Sequence record: NC_048195.1
Source of the DNA: Escherichia phage vB_EcoM_WFC
DNA length: 64,000 bases
Direction: 5' to 3' (one strand)
Shown here: one piece after another, positions 18,595-28,777 of the stretch
Layout: each line of letters opens with the position of its first letter
Position numbering within the stretch: the stretch's first letter is position 1
Position numbers and translations under genes: made by a program
The notes under the pieces: generated by a model
The model's input: only the letters and a program-made list of their open reading frames with translations
What the model was told of the DNA's origin: nothing
Database searches by the model: none

Positions 18595-20775
18595 GTGTCT
18601 GACTCATTAGAAAAATTTGTGCTTCAATATACGGTGGACTTGAAAGAGTCCATCAATCGTCTTGAGCAATTGCAAGATAAGGTTGATCAGACAAACAAAA
18701 AGGCAAAATCCGCTGGCAAAGATTTCTCTGGAGCATTCAAAGATGTTTTTGGCGAGCTAAAGCCGCTTACTGGTGAGCTAGGGTCAATTGACGGAATACT
18801 TGCGCGACTGACATATCGTTTTGCCGCGCTCGTTCCTGTTGTCGCAGGATTGGCCGTCGTCGTCAAATCCATCGTTGATGTTCGAAAAGAATACGAAGCG
18901 CAAAGAAAGCTTGGTTTTGAAGCCGGACTCTCTCCAATGGGTGTCGAGCAACTACAACGACAGTTGAATGAAAGTTCAGGCGGCATCCTTGGCGCACAGG
19001 GGTCGCGAGATTTAATCAGCAAAGCTTCTAATCTGGCATTCAATGCATACACCAACCCCGATGTGATGAACAAGGACAACTTGTTGTTGAACAAGATGGG
19101 GACAAGTCCTTTCAACAGTAACGGCGGCATCAAAGACACGAATCAGCTGCTTGATGAAATTGGAACAAAGCTGAGAAGTGTTAATGAGCAAACCGCTCGT
19201 GCCATTGGTGCTCTGGCAGGTTTTACCGCCGATGAAGTCCGCGCCCTTCGCGAGCGCAACCAGTCTGTGAAAGAAAGCACACGCATAAGCGATGAGGAAA
19301 CGGCAAAGCTGCAGCGCCAACAAGCTGCTCTTGAGACTATACGAAATAGTATGGGGCAAATTCAAGAAGATTGGCGACGTATTGAATTGGTCATCGGTGA
19401 AAACGTTATGCCTGCATTCTCGACGCTTGTCAGCAAAACCGCCGATACAGTCGAAGGATTCCAGATGATGTTCCAAAGAATGTCTGACGGATGGAGCGAA
19501 TTTGTCGACAATTTCATTGCTGACTTGAAACACCCGTTTGATAAACAGGCGGCTGTTAACGAGCGTCACGAGCGTGCCGTTGATAGATGGATCACGCAGA
19601 TGGCCGAAGGCGATGTGAAACGCCAGAGGAACCAGGAGCAAAACGCAGCTGAACAACGTTCTGCGCAAGCACTTTTCACTCGCGATATAAACCTGTTTTC
19701 AAGCGCCGTTTCAACATTTGCTGGCGTCATTGATGAGCGACAAGCATGGGCTGCATGGGCTGGTGAAATAGGACGAAGCGCAGGTCAATCTGCCATGCCT
19801 GGAACACCAGCACTAAGTACTGGCGCGACCGTAGGCAACAACTTGGGATCAGGCAATCCGACCGCTTACGACTCAATATATGAGGAAGCATCCAAGCGTT
19901 ATGGAATCCCTGTTGCGATGATGAAGGCCGTAACAGAAGTCGAATCTGGATTCAACCCCAATGCCGTAAGCGGAGCAGGTGCGACCGGACTGATGCAAAT
20001 CATGCCTTCCAACTTCAAGGGTCTTGGTATCACAGACGGCAACGACCCTAGACAAAACATTATGGGCGGTGCTCAACTGTTGAAAGAGTATTTAAACGCT
20101 GCCAACGGCGATTGGAATCTTGCGCTGACGATGTATCACGGCGGCTACGACCGCAGCGGCTGGGGCAAGAATACACGCGCTTATCCTGGAAAGGTCATGG
20201 CCGCTCTCGACCGACAATCCAATGGTGAGTATGCCACGGCAGCGCCGCAAGGTGCACCAGTTGCTCCAGTACTTAGCGGTAGCGGAGCGGAAGCACCAAA
20301 GGGCAGCTATGCACCAGTACAAGGCCAATCGCGCCAAACGGTGCAATACAGGCAATTGCAAGAAGCCATTGCAGGATACCTGAACGTACCAGTTGAGCAG
20401 TTGATGCAGGGACAAGTAAACAAAGGTGATATTGACTTTGCTCAAACTTACCTTAAGCTTGGAACGCAAAGGGATTATATTAAAAATATGCAGCTGGCTT
20501 CAACTCCAGGTGTAAGACCGAACATTCAAGCCGAAGCGATGAAAAACGCTCGTCTTGCTGCATTCCAACTTGAAGCATTCCAGAAATATGGCGGCGACCT
20601 TTCCGCGAATAGTCGACCTGGTGGGCGTGATATTACTATGGGTCAGAAAAACGTTGTCATCAACGTCAACGGCGCTCAAGACCCACGCAGCACGGCGTTC
20701 GAAACGAAACGGGTGCTTGAACAAGATGATATCAACGACATAAACAACCTTACTGCTACACCTTTGAAGTGGTGA
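18595..20775 (+). CDS. tape measure protein with soluble lytic transglycosylase (SLT) domain
   Basis: 726 aa, GTG start; coiled-coil N-terminal part, hydrophobic segment, and an SLT-like block (EVESGFNPNAVSGAGATGLMQIMPSNF ... YHGG). Confidence 0.7.
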   Translation: MSDSLEKFVLQYTVDLKESINRLEQLQDKVDQTNKKAKSAGKDFSGAFKDVFGELKPLTGELGSIDGILARLTYRFAALVPVVAGLAVVVKSIVDVRKEYEAQRKLGFEAGLSPMGVEQLQRQLNESSGGILGAQGSRDLISKASNLAFNAYTNPDVMNKDNLLLNKMGTSPFNSNGGIKDTNQLLDEIGTKLRSVNEQTARAIGALAGFTADEVRALRERNQSVKESTRISDEETAKLQRQQAALETIRNSMGQIQEDWRRIELVIGENVMPAFSTLVSKTADTVEGFQMMFQRMSDGWSEFVDNFIADLKHPFDKQAAVNERHERAVDRWITQMAEGDVKRQRNQEQNAAEQRSAQALFTRDINLFSSAVSTFAGVIDERQAWAAWAGEIGRSAGQSAMPGTPALSTGATVGNNLGSGNPTAYDSIYEEASKRYGIPVAMMKAVTEVESGFNPNAVSGAGATGLMQIMPSNFKGLGITDGNDPRQNIMGGAQLLKEYLNAANGDWNLALTMYHGGYDRSGWGKNTRAYPGKVMAALDRQSNGEYATAAPQGAPVAPVLSGSGAEAPKGSYAPVQGQSRQTVQYRQLQEAIAGYLNVPVEQLMQGQVNKGDIDFAQTYLKLGTQRDYIKNMQLASTPGVRPNIQAEAMKNARLAAFQLEAFQKYGGDLSANSRPGGRDITMGQKNVVINVNGAQDPRSTAFETKRVLEQDDINDINNLTATPLKW

Positions 20776-20779
20776 TAAT

Positions 20780-21652
20780 TTGAAAAAGAGAATCCTTAAA
20801 GTCACCTTATCTATGCCGGATGGCACAAGCCAAGTGCTTGATGAAGGATTGATGCTTAGATGCCGAATCAAAAAGGCAGCACTTTCCGTGCAAAATAAGG
20901 CCACAATCGAAGTCGCAGGATTGACAGGGTACTTGAGAGAGTACCTGCTTTCCAACTTCACCGCATTCAACAAACGTCTGCGTGATCAAGGCCAATTGGC
21001 GGCGAATCACGTCAACGTAACAATTGAAGCTGGATATAGAGAAGGCAACGTTGTTAGCAGCAACTTAGTCTACAAGGGGCAAGTCACAACGGTCGAGATA
21101 ACAGCGCCGCCGCCGAACATCGTCATACGCATCACTTGCTACACCAACCAGATAAACAGGACTAAGTTCATCACTCAAGCTGCACCGTCAAACCCAACAT
21201 TCAAAGAGTTTGTGGAGTGGTCGGCAAAGCAAATGGATATTGATACTGTTATATGCGATACTTCGATTAACAATCAGCGTCTTGTTAACCCAGGCCGCAC
21301 AACATATGTTGCAGCCGCCTTGCTGCTTGAGATTCAGAACTATCAAAGGAACTCTATTGCGGCATATATCGATGATGATACGCTCATCGTCAAGGATAAA
21401 GACAAAATTCTGAATCCAGAACAGATAACGGTGATTGAGGAATTTGTCGGAATACCGATGTGGAACGAGTGGGGTGCTGACTTCACTTGCATGTATAACG
21501 CGGATTTGAAGCTTGCCCAAGGTGTGAAATTCAAATCAGTCTTAAACCCAAGCTTGAACGACACCACATTCGTCATCATGCAACTTGAATATGATTTAGC
21601 AAGTCGTGATGACATATTTACGGTGACGGGCGGCGTTGCACCATCGGCCTAA
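20780..21652 (+). CDS. hypothetical baseplate/tail protein (290 aa)
   Basis: Follows the tape measure gene; TTG start in the ORF track, first ATG at 20813. Confidence 0.45.
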   Translation: MKKRILKVTLSMPDGTSQVLDEGLMLRCRIKKAALSVQNKATIEVAGLTGYLREYLLSNFTAFNKRLRDQGQLAANHVNVTIEAGYREGNVVSSNLVYKGQVTTVEITAPPPNIVIRITCYTNQINRTKFITQAAPSNPTFKEFVEWSAKQMDIDTVICDTSINNQRLVNPGRTTYVAAALLLEIQNYQRNSIAAYIDDDTLIVKDKDKILNPEQITVIEEFVGIPMWNEWGADFTCMYNADLKLAQGVKFKSVLNPSLNDTTFVIMQLEYDLASRDDIFTVTGGVAPSA

Positions 21653-21654
21653 AT

Positions 21655-22176
21655 ATGAGAAAGAATAAAGTAATTGAGTTGTTTGGAGTTACTTATGAAA
21701 TACATCAATTCAGCGCAATAGATGCGTTTGAAATGGTTGATGCGATAAGCATATTAACTCCACTTGAATTATTAAGTGAATGTCATGTTATTAAATATGA
21801 CGGAACTAAAGTCAGGCTGAATTCTGAGAAGGCCATCAGTGAAGAAGTGAAAAGTGTGCCAAATCACTTGCCGCCCAACCTTGTATTGAAAGTTCTAATG
21901 GAAGCGGTAAAGAAGCACAATTTTGGATTCCTCAGTGATTGGAAAGGCACTAAGATTCCAAATAGATTCTTGGCTGACGTTCCGACCGTGGAGCCTAATT
22001 ATCTTGAGCCGATGGTTGCAAGCCTAATAAACAATGGTCTTGCTTCGTTAAAAGAATTGGAAGAATATTATTCATTGCGTGATGCATTCGCCATGTTTGA
22101 TGGACTAATAGCAAAATCACTTAATGAAGCCTACTCAAACGAAGCTGCCATTAAAGAATCAAAGTCAAATCGCTAA
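21655..22176 (+). CDS. hypothetical protein (173 aa)
   Basis: Baseplate region of the late array. Confidence 0.45.
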   Translation: MRKNKVIELFGVTYEIHQFSAIDAFEMVDAISILTPLELLSECHVIKYDGTKVRLNSEKAISEEVKSVPNHLPPNLVLKVLMEAVKKHNFGFLSDWKGTKIPNRFLADVPTVEPNYLEPMVASLINNGLASLKELEEYYSLRDAFAMFDGLIAKSLNEAYSNEAAIKESKSNR

Positions 22177-22233
22177 AATATTGCTTATAGACTCCTTATA
22201 GATTATAATTTGTTGATCAGATATAAGGAGTCT

Positions 22234-22962
22234 ATGATGGCAGAAAAGTTAACCCAACTTACAAGCCCCAACCAAACTGACAAATCAAGTATGTTTGCCG
22301 CGCTGCAGGGAATGCTGGACCGTGGCAAGTATACCACTGACGGCATGATTCCTGCACAAGTAATATCTTATGACCGCAAACAGAATTTAGCAGTCATAAA
22401 GCCTGTTATTCATTTCGTAAGTCTTGATGATAGACCAGTGGAGCGTCAACCACTGGTGTCAATTCCTGTATTGGCAATCGGCGGCGGCGGCTTCGTAATC
22501 AACTTTCCTCTGAAAGAGGGTGATTTGGGCTGGATATTCGCTGGCGACCGCGAGTTGTCGACATTCCTTGAAGAATTGAAGCCGACCGCGCCTACCAATG
22601 GCCGCGCGAAAACTTTCGCTGATGGACTGTTCATACCGGATGTATTTAGAAAATACACCATAAGCGGAGAGGATGCAGGCTCAATGGTAATCCAGTCACT
22701 CAGCGGCGCTGTCCGCATTGCATTAAGTGATGACTCGATAAACATAACTGCATCGGCTGGAGTAAATGTGAAAACACCAATAACCACTATCGACCAACAA
22801 TTGATAGTTAATGGAAAGGCAACGTTCAATGGTGGTATAGAAGGGAAAGAAGGAACGACGGCAACGCTTCCGACTGGCACAACAATCGGCGGCACAAATG
22901 TATCCACTCACGGTCACATAGGTAACGGACCTGGAAACAGAACTGGGGATATGATAGAATGA
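22234..22962 (+). CDS. putative baseplate central spike-like protein
   Basis: AAGGAG RBS before ATG 22234; Gly-rich C-terminal end with HGH motif (STHGHIGNGPGN); position before the baseplate J-like gene. Confidence 0.4.
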   Translation: MMAEKLTQLTSPNQTDKSSMFAALQGMLDRGKYTTDGMIPAQVISYDRKQNLAVIKPVIHFVSLDDRPVERQPLVSIPVLAIGGGGFVINFPLKEGDLGWIFAGDRELSTFLEELKPTAPTNGRAKTFADGLFIPDVFRKYTISGEDAGSMVIQSLSGAVRIALSDDSINITASAGVNVKTPITTIDQQLIVNGKATFNGGIEGKEGTTATLPTGTTIGGTNVSTHGHIGNGPGNRTGDMIE

Positions 22963-24230
22963 GTGCACAATATTCTTACATAGTAAGCACTGGTGTAATA
23001 ACCATCGACACAGCCGATTTGCTGGCTGACGTTCAAAGTGAATGGATTGAGTCATTAGGGGTCGGGCTTGACGTTGATGCCTCGACACCGCAAGGCACCC
23101 TAATCGCGACAGAGACTTTGGCAAGAACTTCAGTCATGAAGAACAATGCCGAGCTGGGAAGTCTCATCAACCCTAATTATTCATATGGCGTATACCTTGA
23201 TGCCATCGCGGCGTTGCTTGGTATTGAGCGAACGAAAAACATCAGCACGATGTTGAAAGGAATTACCGCAGAAGGAACGCCGCTGTTGGAAATTCCTGCT
23301 GGAAGTTTGCTGACGGATTCAAACGGTACATACTGGTATGTTCTTGAAGACGTTCAAATCACTTCGACTGGCAAGACAGGCAATATGACTCTTGCATCAA
23401 AAGAGTATGGCTCATTTACTGTTGCGCCTGATGAAGAGTTTACCGTGGTGCAAGGATATGACGTCATCGGATGGTCAAGAACGTATTCAACATCAGCAAC
23501 GACGACCGTACCAGGTACGCAATACATGGGCGACGGAGCGTTAAAGGCCGCTCGCGTTAAGCGCCTTTACCAGCAGGGAATTGCATCGCTTGGTGCTATT
23601 CGCGCTCGCGCCATGTCGGTCGACGGCGTGGAATCGGTGATGGTCGTGGAGAACGACACGGGATTGCCTGGAACGGTGCGCGGCATCACCTTTTCAACGC
23701 CTAACGGTGTCTGGGTGTGCGCAAGCGGAACGTTCGATAAGCAAGTTTTTGCTGAGACTATTTTCAAGGCAAAGATGGGTGGCCAGCCGTGGGACTTTGG
23801 TGCTACCAACCAGGGTGATCCAGTCAACTCGCCTGATGGAATAGAAGTTGTCGACGAAGAATCGCAACTGTCTTATTTCGTAAAGTTCAACACTGCTGTC
23901 ATATATGACTTGTATGTCGACATTACTGTTGTAAGAGGCACCGCAACCGCCGATGCCGAATCTATTATTGCCGCTGTGTTGAATTACGGTAATGGAAATT
24001 TTAACGGCGAGCAAGGATATGCAGTGGGCCAATCTCAATCTTCTTTTGAGATTGCTTCAGCAGTGTCTTGCGAGTATCCAGGTCTGTACATTAAAGATTG
24101 CAAAATTGCAGCAGTAAAAAGCGGACAGGCAGCGCCAAATTATCCATCCGATTACGGCAGCGAGTGGATTGCCAATCCTTGGGATAAGGCTAATACTATG
24201 CGCGGCTTCATCAACGTTAAATTTGTGTGA
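22959..24230 (+). CDS. baseplate J-like protein
   Basis: 423 aa; size and position typical of baseplate wedge proteins; assignment from memory. Confidence 0.5.
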   Translation: MSAQYSYIVSTGVITIDTADLLADVQSEWIESLGVGLDVDASTPQGTLIATETLARTSVMKNNAELGSLINPNYSYGVYLDAIAALLGIERTKNISTMLKGITAEGTPLLEIPAGSLLTDSNGTYWYVLEDVQITSTGKTGNMTLASKEYGSFTVAPDEEFTVVQGYDVIGWSRTYSTSATTTVPGTQYMGDGALKAARVKRLYQQGIASLGAIRARAMSVDGVESVMVVENDTGLPGTVRGITFSTPNGVWVCASGTFDKQVFAETIFKAKMGGQPWDFGATNQGDPVNSPDGIEVVDEESQLSYFVKFNTAVIYDLYVDITVVRGTATADAESIIAAVLNYGNGNFNGEQGYAVGQSQSSFEIASAVSCEYPGLYIKDCKIAAVKSGQAAPNYPSDYGSEWIANPWDKANTMRGFINVKFV

Positions 24231-24236
24231 GGAACT

Positions 24237-24509
24237 ATGCAAAAGTTTGACACAAACCTGTTGCAAAACCTTAAGTGGATGCAGAACAATGCGCCAAACA
24301 TCACATCTTTGGTGCAAAAGAAAAGTGACTGGTATGAAAGATACCAAGATCAGTTTTGGACTGACTGGTACAATAACATTTTTAACATTGACACTTGTGA
24401 TGCAATGGGCATTTATATTTGGTGCGACATTCTTTGCATACCAAGAGACTTTGTGGACTTAAGCAATTATGAGCACAACTGGGCGTTTGGACCGACGCGA
24501 CAACTTTGA
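24237..24509 (+). CDS. hypothetical protein / possible N-terminal fragment of a frame-shifted fibre or wedge gene
   Basis: 90 aa ORF followed by two further ORFs in the other two frames within 400 nt. Confidence 0.35.
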   Translation: MQKFDTNLLQNLKWMQNNAPNITSLVQKKSDWYERYQDQFWTDWYNNIFNIDTCDAMGIYIWCDILCIPRDFVDLSNYEHNWAFGPTRQL

Positions 24510-24616
24510 AGGTGCGGACAACATCGGCGGCAACTTCTTTGGTGCTGGCGGGAAGGTTGTAAAGAATATCGAAGAAGCACGCATACTTCTTAAGCTTCGT
24601 TATCTGACGCTCACAA

Positions 24617-26974
24617 GTGATGGCCGCATCGAAAGTATCAACCGCATGCTTAAGTGGATTTTCAACCGTGGAGAGGCTTGGGATTACTCTTCATCACGCT
24701 ACGCATACGTGGACCGACAACACTCAAGGCGCAGTATCTTCATCTGAATCAACAAATGGATCATTCCTTCTATACGACTGGCAGGGGTCAACTGAGATTC
24801 AGCACGATTATAAGCAGATACTTTTAAGCCATGGCAACAACGCCGGACTGACTATCAGCGGAGTGTCAGGCACCGTGTCACGGATGGCGCATCCAGATTG
24901 GTACTCATGGGGGAATGGTTCCGGCACAGGTCTTGTCGGCGGCGACACAAGACAGTATGGCGGCCCTGATTACTATGGGCAGTTGTGTGGCGATTACCCA
25001 GGTGAGGCAATAGAGAATTTTGCCAACGCAGTAAGGGTCGTCAAGACGGCTTCAAGCGGTGAGCCTGTGTATTCTTTGGCCAATAATCCAAGCGCACAGT
25101 CAATTGCCCTTCCTTCGCAGGCTGGCGTTAACGTTTGCTATAGCTTCTACATAAAGGTGCTTTCTGAAAACGTCGCTTCTGTTTCTGTTACAGAGAATAG
25201 TGATGCATCGAGTAATGGAAAGCTGTTTGACCCCGTCACTGGCCAGTTCAACTTGGACCCGTCATTGAGCTATTTCATCAAAGGTAAATTCGATGGAGTA
25301 AGAAGGGAATCAAACCGTGGTGGCATAAAAGCAATTGGCGGCGATTGGTATCGAATCTGGATTGTAGAGCAGACGGCAACCGCTGCTTCTGGAGTAAGTA
25401 CCAGCTTTTCAATAGAGTTGAAGGCGACTGCCGCTGGATCAACTCAAACTCGTGAATTGCCTGAAGGGTCTGATGCTCTTTTGTTTGGATACTCGATTTG
25501 CGTCTGCGACCCTGTTCAGAATCCAAATGGACCTGAGCCTTATTTTTATGGAACGCAAAACCCTCCTTCTGACGGAACAGCAATCCTGTCTGTAACGGCG
25601 GGAACGCTCAATAACATCTCCTGTGCAAACGGACCGCTGACGACAAGAAACGGTGTAGTTGGCGAGTCATTCATGCAACCTGGCTCATCACTTGCATACT
25701 CTGGCTCAATCGGTGGCTACCCGTACCCAGGGAACGCCACGCTGATTGCAGAGACTGATGGAATCAGACGCTCATGGAACGTTAGCAGGCTGGATGGAGT
25801 ACCGCCGCCGCCGACCGCCGACTATTACATGGAATACGTCATCGGACCTTATTTCGCCAACAACCTGTCTGACAACTTTAAGACGCTAGTTGGCGACAGG
25901 AATGAAGGATTCTTGCCAGCAAATGCCGGAATACGCTGGCAGCTTTACCAAGAAGTCGCAGACTTATCTGATATCGATTTGACTGTCAACGACATAACAG
26001 ACACGCGCGTAGGATTTGAAACGGAAGGTGTTGCGTGGATTAACACTGACGGTATCATTAGAGTTGGCGGCATCAACGAGTGGCCGCTGAACAACTTCAA
26101 CGGTGTGATACGCCAGCTTGAATCTTTGAAAGGTGTAAACCAGGTCGTCGACGGCGCACTTGTCAACGACTATTCAATCTCAAAAGCATCAAGAGATGAC
26201 TTTGGTCGTGAAATACCACGCGCGGCAATCACTAACTATTGGCGCTACACACAGCCAAACGACGGTACATCTTTTGGCAATATCATTGAGGATGGCGCAA
26301 ACACTGTCACAGCTACGCCAATCAGCGGTGTGCCCAACCAGTTCCCATCATTCAAGCTTTCCGCTACAATAGGGACTGTGCCAGCGTCCGGTTATGCACG
26401 CGCTGTACTTGCTACTAAATACACTGGCACCCTGACTGGCCCTTTGTCATTTATCGCAATAGTCAAAAACAACACGGTTAACGGTCAAAAACTTTTTGTA
26501 ACTGTACCGGATGGGATGGGTGGCTATATCCCTAAATTCTACAACATAGGCGCAGGTGATTTGCAACGTATCGAAATTGACCTTGCCGCTGAGATTGTTG
26601 AAGGCGCTACCTGGGATGGATCAACAGGCGGCATCAGCATCGGTTTGATATCAGGGAAAGACTTGCCGACCGAAGTTGGTACGACTCTTGAACTTGATAT
26701 TTTAAGCTTGATGCTTGTGTCTGGTAGTACGATGAATGCGCTTGCAATTTCAACAAGCGAAGATTTCGCAAAGAAAACTGCGACTTCTATATACATCAAA
26801 AACCCAGGATCACTTGCCACTGGAGTTCAACTGATTGCTTCTAATGGTGATGTTGTAGCAACAGTAAACTTTCCGAGAAGTGCTGCTGGTGGTTATGTTT
26901 CAAGCATGAACATAACTGACTTAACTGGTGATTGGGCAACAACCCTTTTGTCAAAAATTAAATACATCGTGTAG
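24617..26974 (+). CDS. tail fibre protein
   Basis: 785 aa, Gly/Ser/Thr-rich, downstream of baseplate genes. Start is uncertain because an upstream reading frame continues into this gene. Confidence 0.55.
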   Translation: MMAASKVSTACLSGFSTVERLGITLHHATHTWTDNTQGAVSSSESTNGSFLLYDWQGSTEIQHDYKQILLSHGNNAGLTISGVSGTVSRMAHPDWYSWGNGSGTGLVGGDTRQYGGPDYYGQLCGDYPGEAIENFANAVRVVKTASSGEPVYSLANNPSAQSIALPSQAGVNVCYSFYIKVLSENVASVSVTENSDASSNGKLFDPVTGQFNLDPSLSYFIKGKFDGVRRESNRGGIKAIGGDWYRIWIVEQTATAASGVSTSFSIELKATAAGSTQTRELPEGSDALLFGYSICVCDPVQNPNGPEPYFYGTQNPPSDGTAILSVTAGTLNNISCANGPLTTRNGVVGESFMQPGSSLAYSGSIGGYPYPGNATLIAETDGIRRSWNVSRLDGVPPPPTADYYMEYVIGPYFANNLSDNFKTLVGDRNEGFLPANAGIRWQLYQEVADLSDIDLTVNDITDTRVGFETEGVAWINTDGIIRVGGINEWPLNNFNGVIRQLESLKGVNQVVDGALVNDYSISKASRDDFGREIPRAAITNYWRYTQPNDGTSFGNIIEDGANTVTATPISGVPNQFPSFKLSATIGTVPASGYARAVLATKYTGTLTGPLSFIAIVKNNTVNGQKLFVTVPDGMGGYIPKFYNIGAGDLQRIEIDLAAEIVEGATWDGSTGGISIGLISGKDLPTEVGTTLELDILSLMLVSGSTMNALAISTSEDFAKKTATSIYIKNPGSLATGVQLIASNGDVVATVNFPRSAAGGYVSSMNITDLTGDWATTLLSKIKYIV

Positions 26975-26984
26975 AGGAACGGCA

Positions 26985-28769
26985 ATGCCAACACTTATTA
27001 ACAGACCTTTCGCGCAAAGCGGTGATGTATCCGTGGTGCCGGATGCAAGTCCAAGCGGTTATGTGAACTTCCAGCGCGGCTACACCCCTGACTATGCACT
27101 TGCGCTGGAAGCCGGAAACGTCGCCGCGAAAGCAGTTGAACGTGAGTCGATGAACTGGTTGCTGAATCTGATCACCGACAACCTTATGTTCATCCAGGAC
27201 CACGGCGCTCAACAGTATTTCTCGTCTGACTTGAAGCCAGATGGATACCCGAAAAATGCCATCGTTGTCAGCAACTCCGGCACCCCTTCAGCGCCTGAAT
27301 GGCGCATTTTCCAGAGTGTGGTAGACGGCAACACCAGCGCAGTCCCAGCTAACGGCGAAACGGAATCTTGGCAGGAATTGACGCTGCCTAGCGAAGCGCG
27401 AAAATATATTCCTATGCCTGCTGGCGGCGATGCGCAAAACCCGTATTTTGTTCGCGGACTGATTTCAAACTTTGTGGACTTTGATAATATCACGACTTCC
27501 ACAACTATTGTTATTCAATCTGACGCAGTCGCCGCTCTCTGCTCTAACATCCCGAACGCGGTTGGTGCGACGAAGGTTGCAGGTCGTCTCCAGGTTTGCG
27601 CTTGGCAGGTTAATGCGCAGACTTTCGCCCTGCAACAATACACGTCAATGAACGGATATGTTTTCACCCGCTCTTATACTTCTGGTGCCTGGAGTGCCTG
27701 GATTCAAAATGCTACTGTTCAAGACGTGCAAATTGGAACGCCGAATCTTGCATCAGGTAAAGGCGCACAAGATATAATCCTTACCGTTCCAGCAGGTTAT
27801 TCATGGCCTCCGTCAGCAGGTAGTCGCCTGACCATCATTAATGATGTCACGACCACCGGACCTGTCACCGTGACCATTGGTGCAAACAAAGTTGCAGTCC
27901 TTGGATTCGACGGCGGCGAGCTGCCAGCAGGGTCCATCGTCGGGCTTCTTCCTTTTACTATTATTTATGACGGCACCGTTTGGCGTCTTCTTCAAGCATT
28001 CGGCGCGGCGCAAATCGGTGTCGATGCTAGTGAGCCGCAACAGTTTGTTACAAAGCGCCAACTCGATGCTTTGGCCGCGAAGTTGATCACTATGGGTGAT
28101 GTGTTCGAAGTCGGTGAGACTCGATTCTTGACTAATGGCACCAACCCAAATACTAAACTGGGCGCTTACGGTCAGGTATGGACCAGGTTGCCTGATAACA
28201 TGGTCATCAGGACGTCTGGCACGGCAAGAAACGGTCTTGACACTGGAGGTGCAGACTCTGTTACTCTTACCGCCGCCATGCTTCCTCTCCACAATCACAG
28301 CGTGGACATCACTACGCGACAAAGTGGTCCATGGTCCAATACCACTGGAGACGCAGGCAACCATAACCACACAGGCGATACTAGTCAGAACGGTGCTCAC
28401 GTGCACGGAATGGATGCCGCTGGTAATCATTATCACGACAGTGGCTGGGGTGAGGCTTATGCAGACCAGGCTAGATACGGGGTATATGATGGCACGCACA
28501 ATAACCTTGGAAGTGCAAGATCTGATTATGACAACTATAAATACAACACCTCAACTAACGGCAACCACGTTCACAATATTCAATCTTCTGGGTCACACAC
28601 TCATGGGTTGAATATAAATTACGCTGGCAATCACAGCCATGGATATACCCTCCCCGCTCACACTCACGATGTGGTCGGTAACACTGGCGATGCAGGGCAG
28701 TCCGTCCCAACGGCTGTTTCAACTCTGCCGCGATATGTCGTCTTGAACGGCTGGTACAGAAGCGCATAA
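26985..28769 (+). CDS. tail fibre protein with C-terminal HxH metal-binding repeats (receptor-binding tip)
   Basis: GAGGAAC RBS before ATG 26985; eight His-x-His motifs in the last ~130 aa (HNH, HNH, HVH, HYH, HVH, HTH, HSH, HTH). Confidence 0.65.
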   Translation: MPTLINRPFAQSGDVSVVPDASPSGYVNFQRGYTPDYALALEAGNVAAKAVERESMNWLLNLITDNLMFIQDHGAQQYFSSDLKPDGYPKNAIVVSNSGTPSAPEWRIFQSVVDGNTSAVPANGETESWQELTLPSEARKYIPMPAGGDAQNPYFVRGLISNFVDFDNITTSTTIVIQSDAVAALCSNIPNAVGATKVAGRLQVCAWQVNAQTFALQQYTSMNGYVFTRSYTSGAWSAWIQNATVQDVQIGTPNLASGKGAQDIILTVPAGYSWPPSAGSRLTIINDVTTTGPVTVTIGANKVAVLGFDGGELPAGSIVGLLPFTIIYDGTVWRLLQAFGAAQIGVDASEPQQFVTKRQLDALAAKLITMGDVFEVGETRFLTNGTNPNTKLGAYGQVWTRLPDNMVIRTSGTARNGLDTGGADSVTLTAAMLPLHNHSVDITTRQSGPWSNTTGDAGNHNHTGDTSQNGAHVHGMDAAGNHYHDSGWGEAYADQARYGVYDGTHNNLGSARSDYDNYKYNTSTNGNHVHNIQSSGSHTHGLNINYAGNHSHGYTLPAHTHDVVGNTGDAGQSVPTAVSTLPRYVVLNGWYRSA

Positions 28770-28777
28770 GGTGATTT

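Noticed and set aside
24469-24747. 92-aa ORF as an independent gene
   Set aside because: It overlaps both neighbours in other frames and is better explained as the middle segment of a frame-shifted fibre N-terminal region (see finding). Not listed as a separate CDS.
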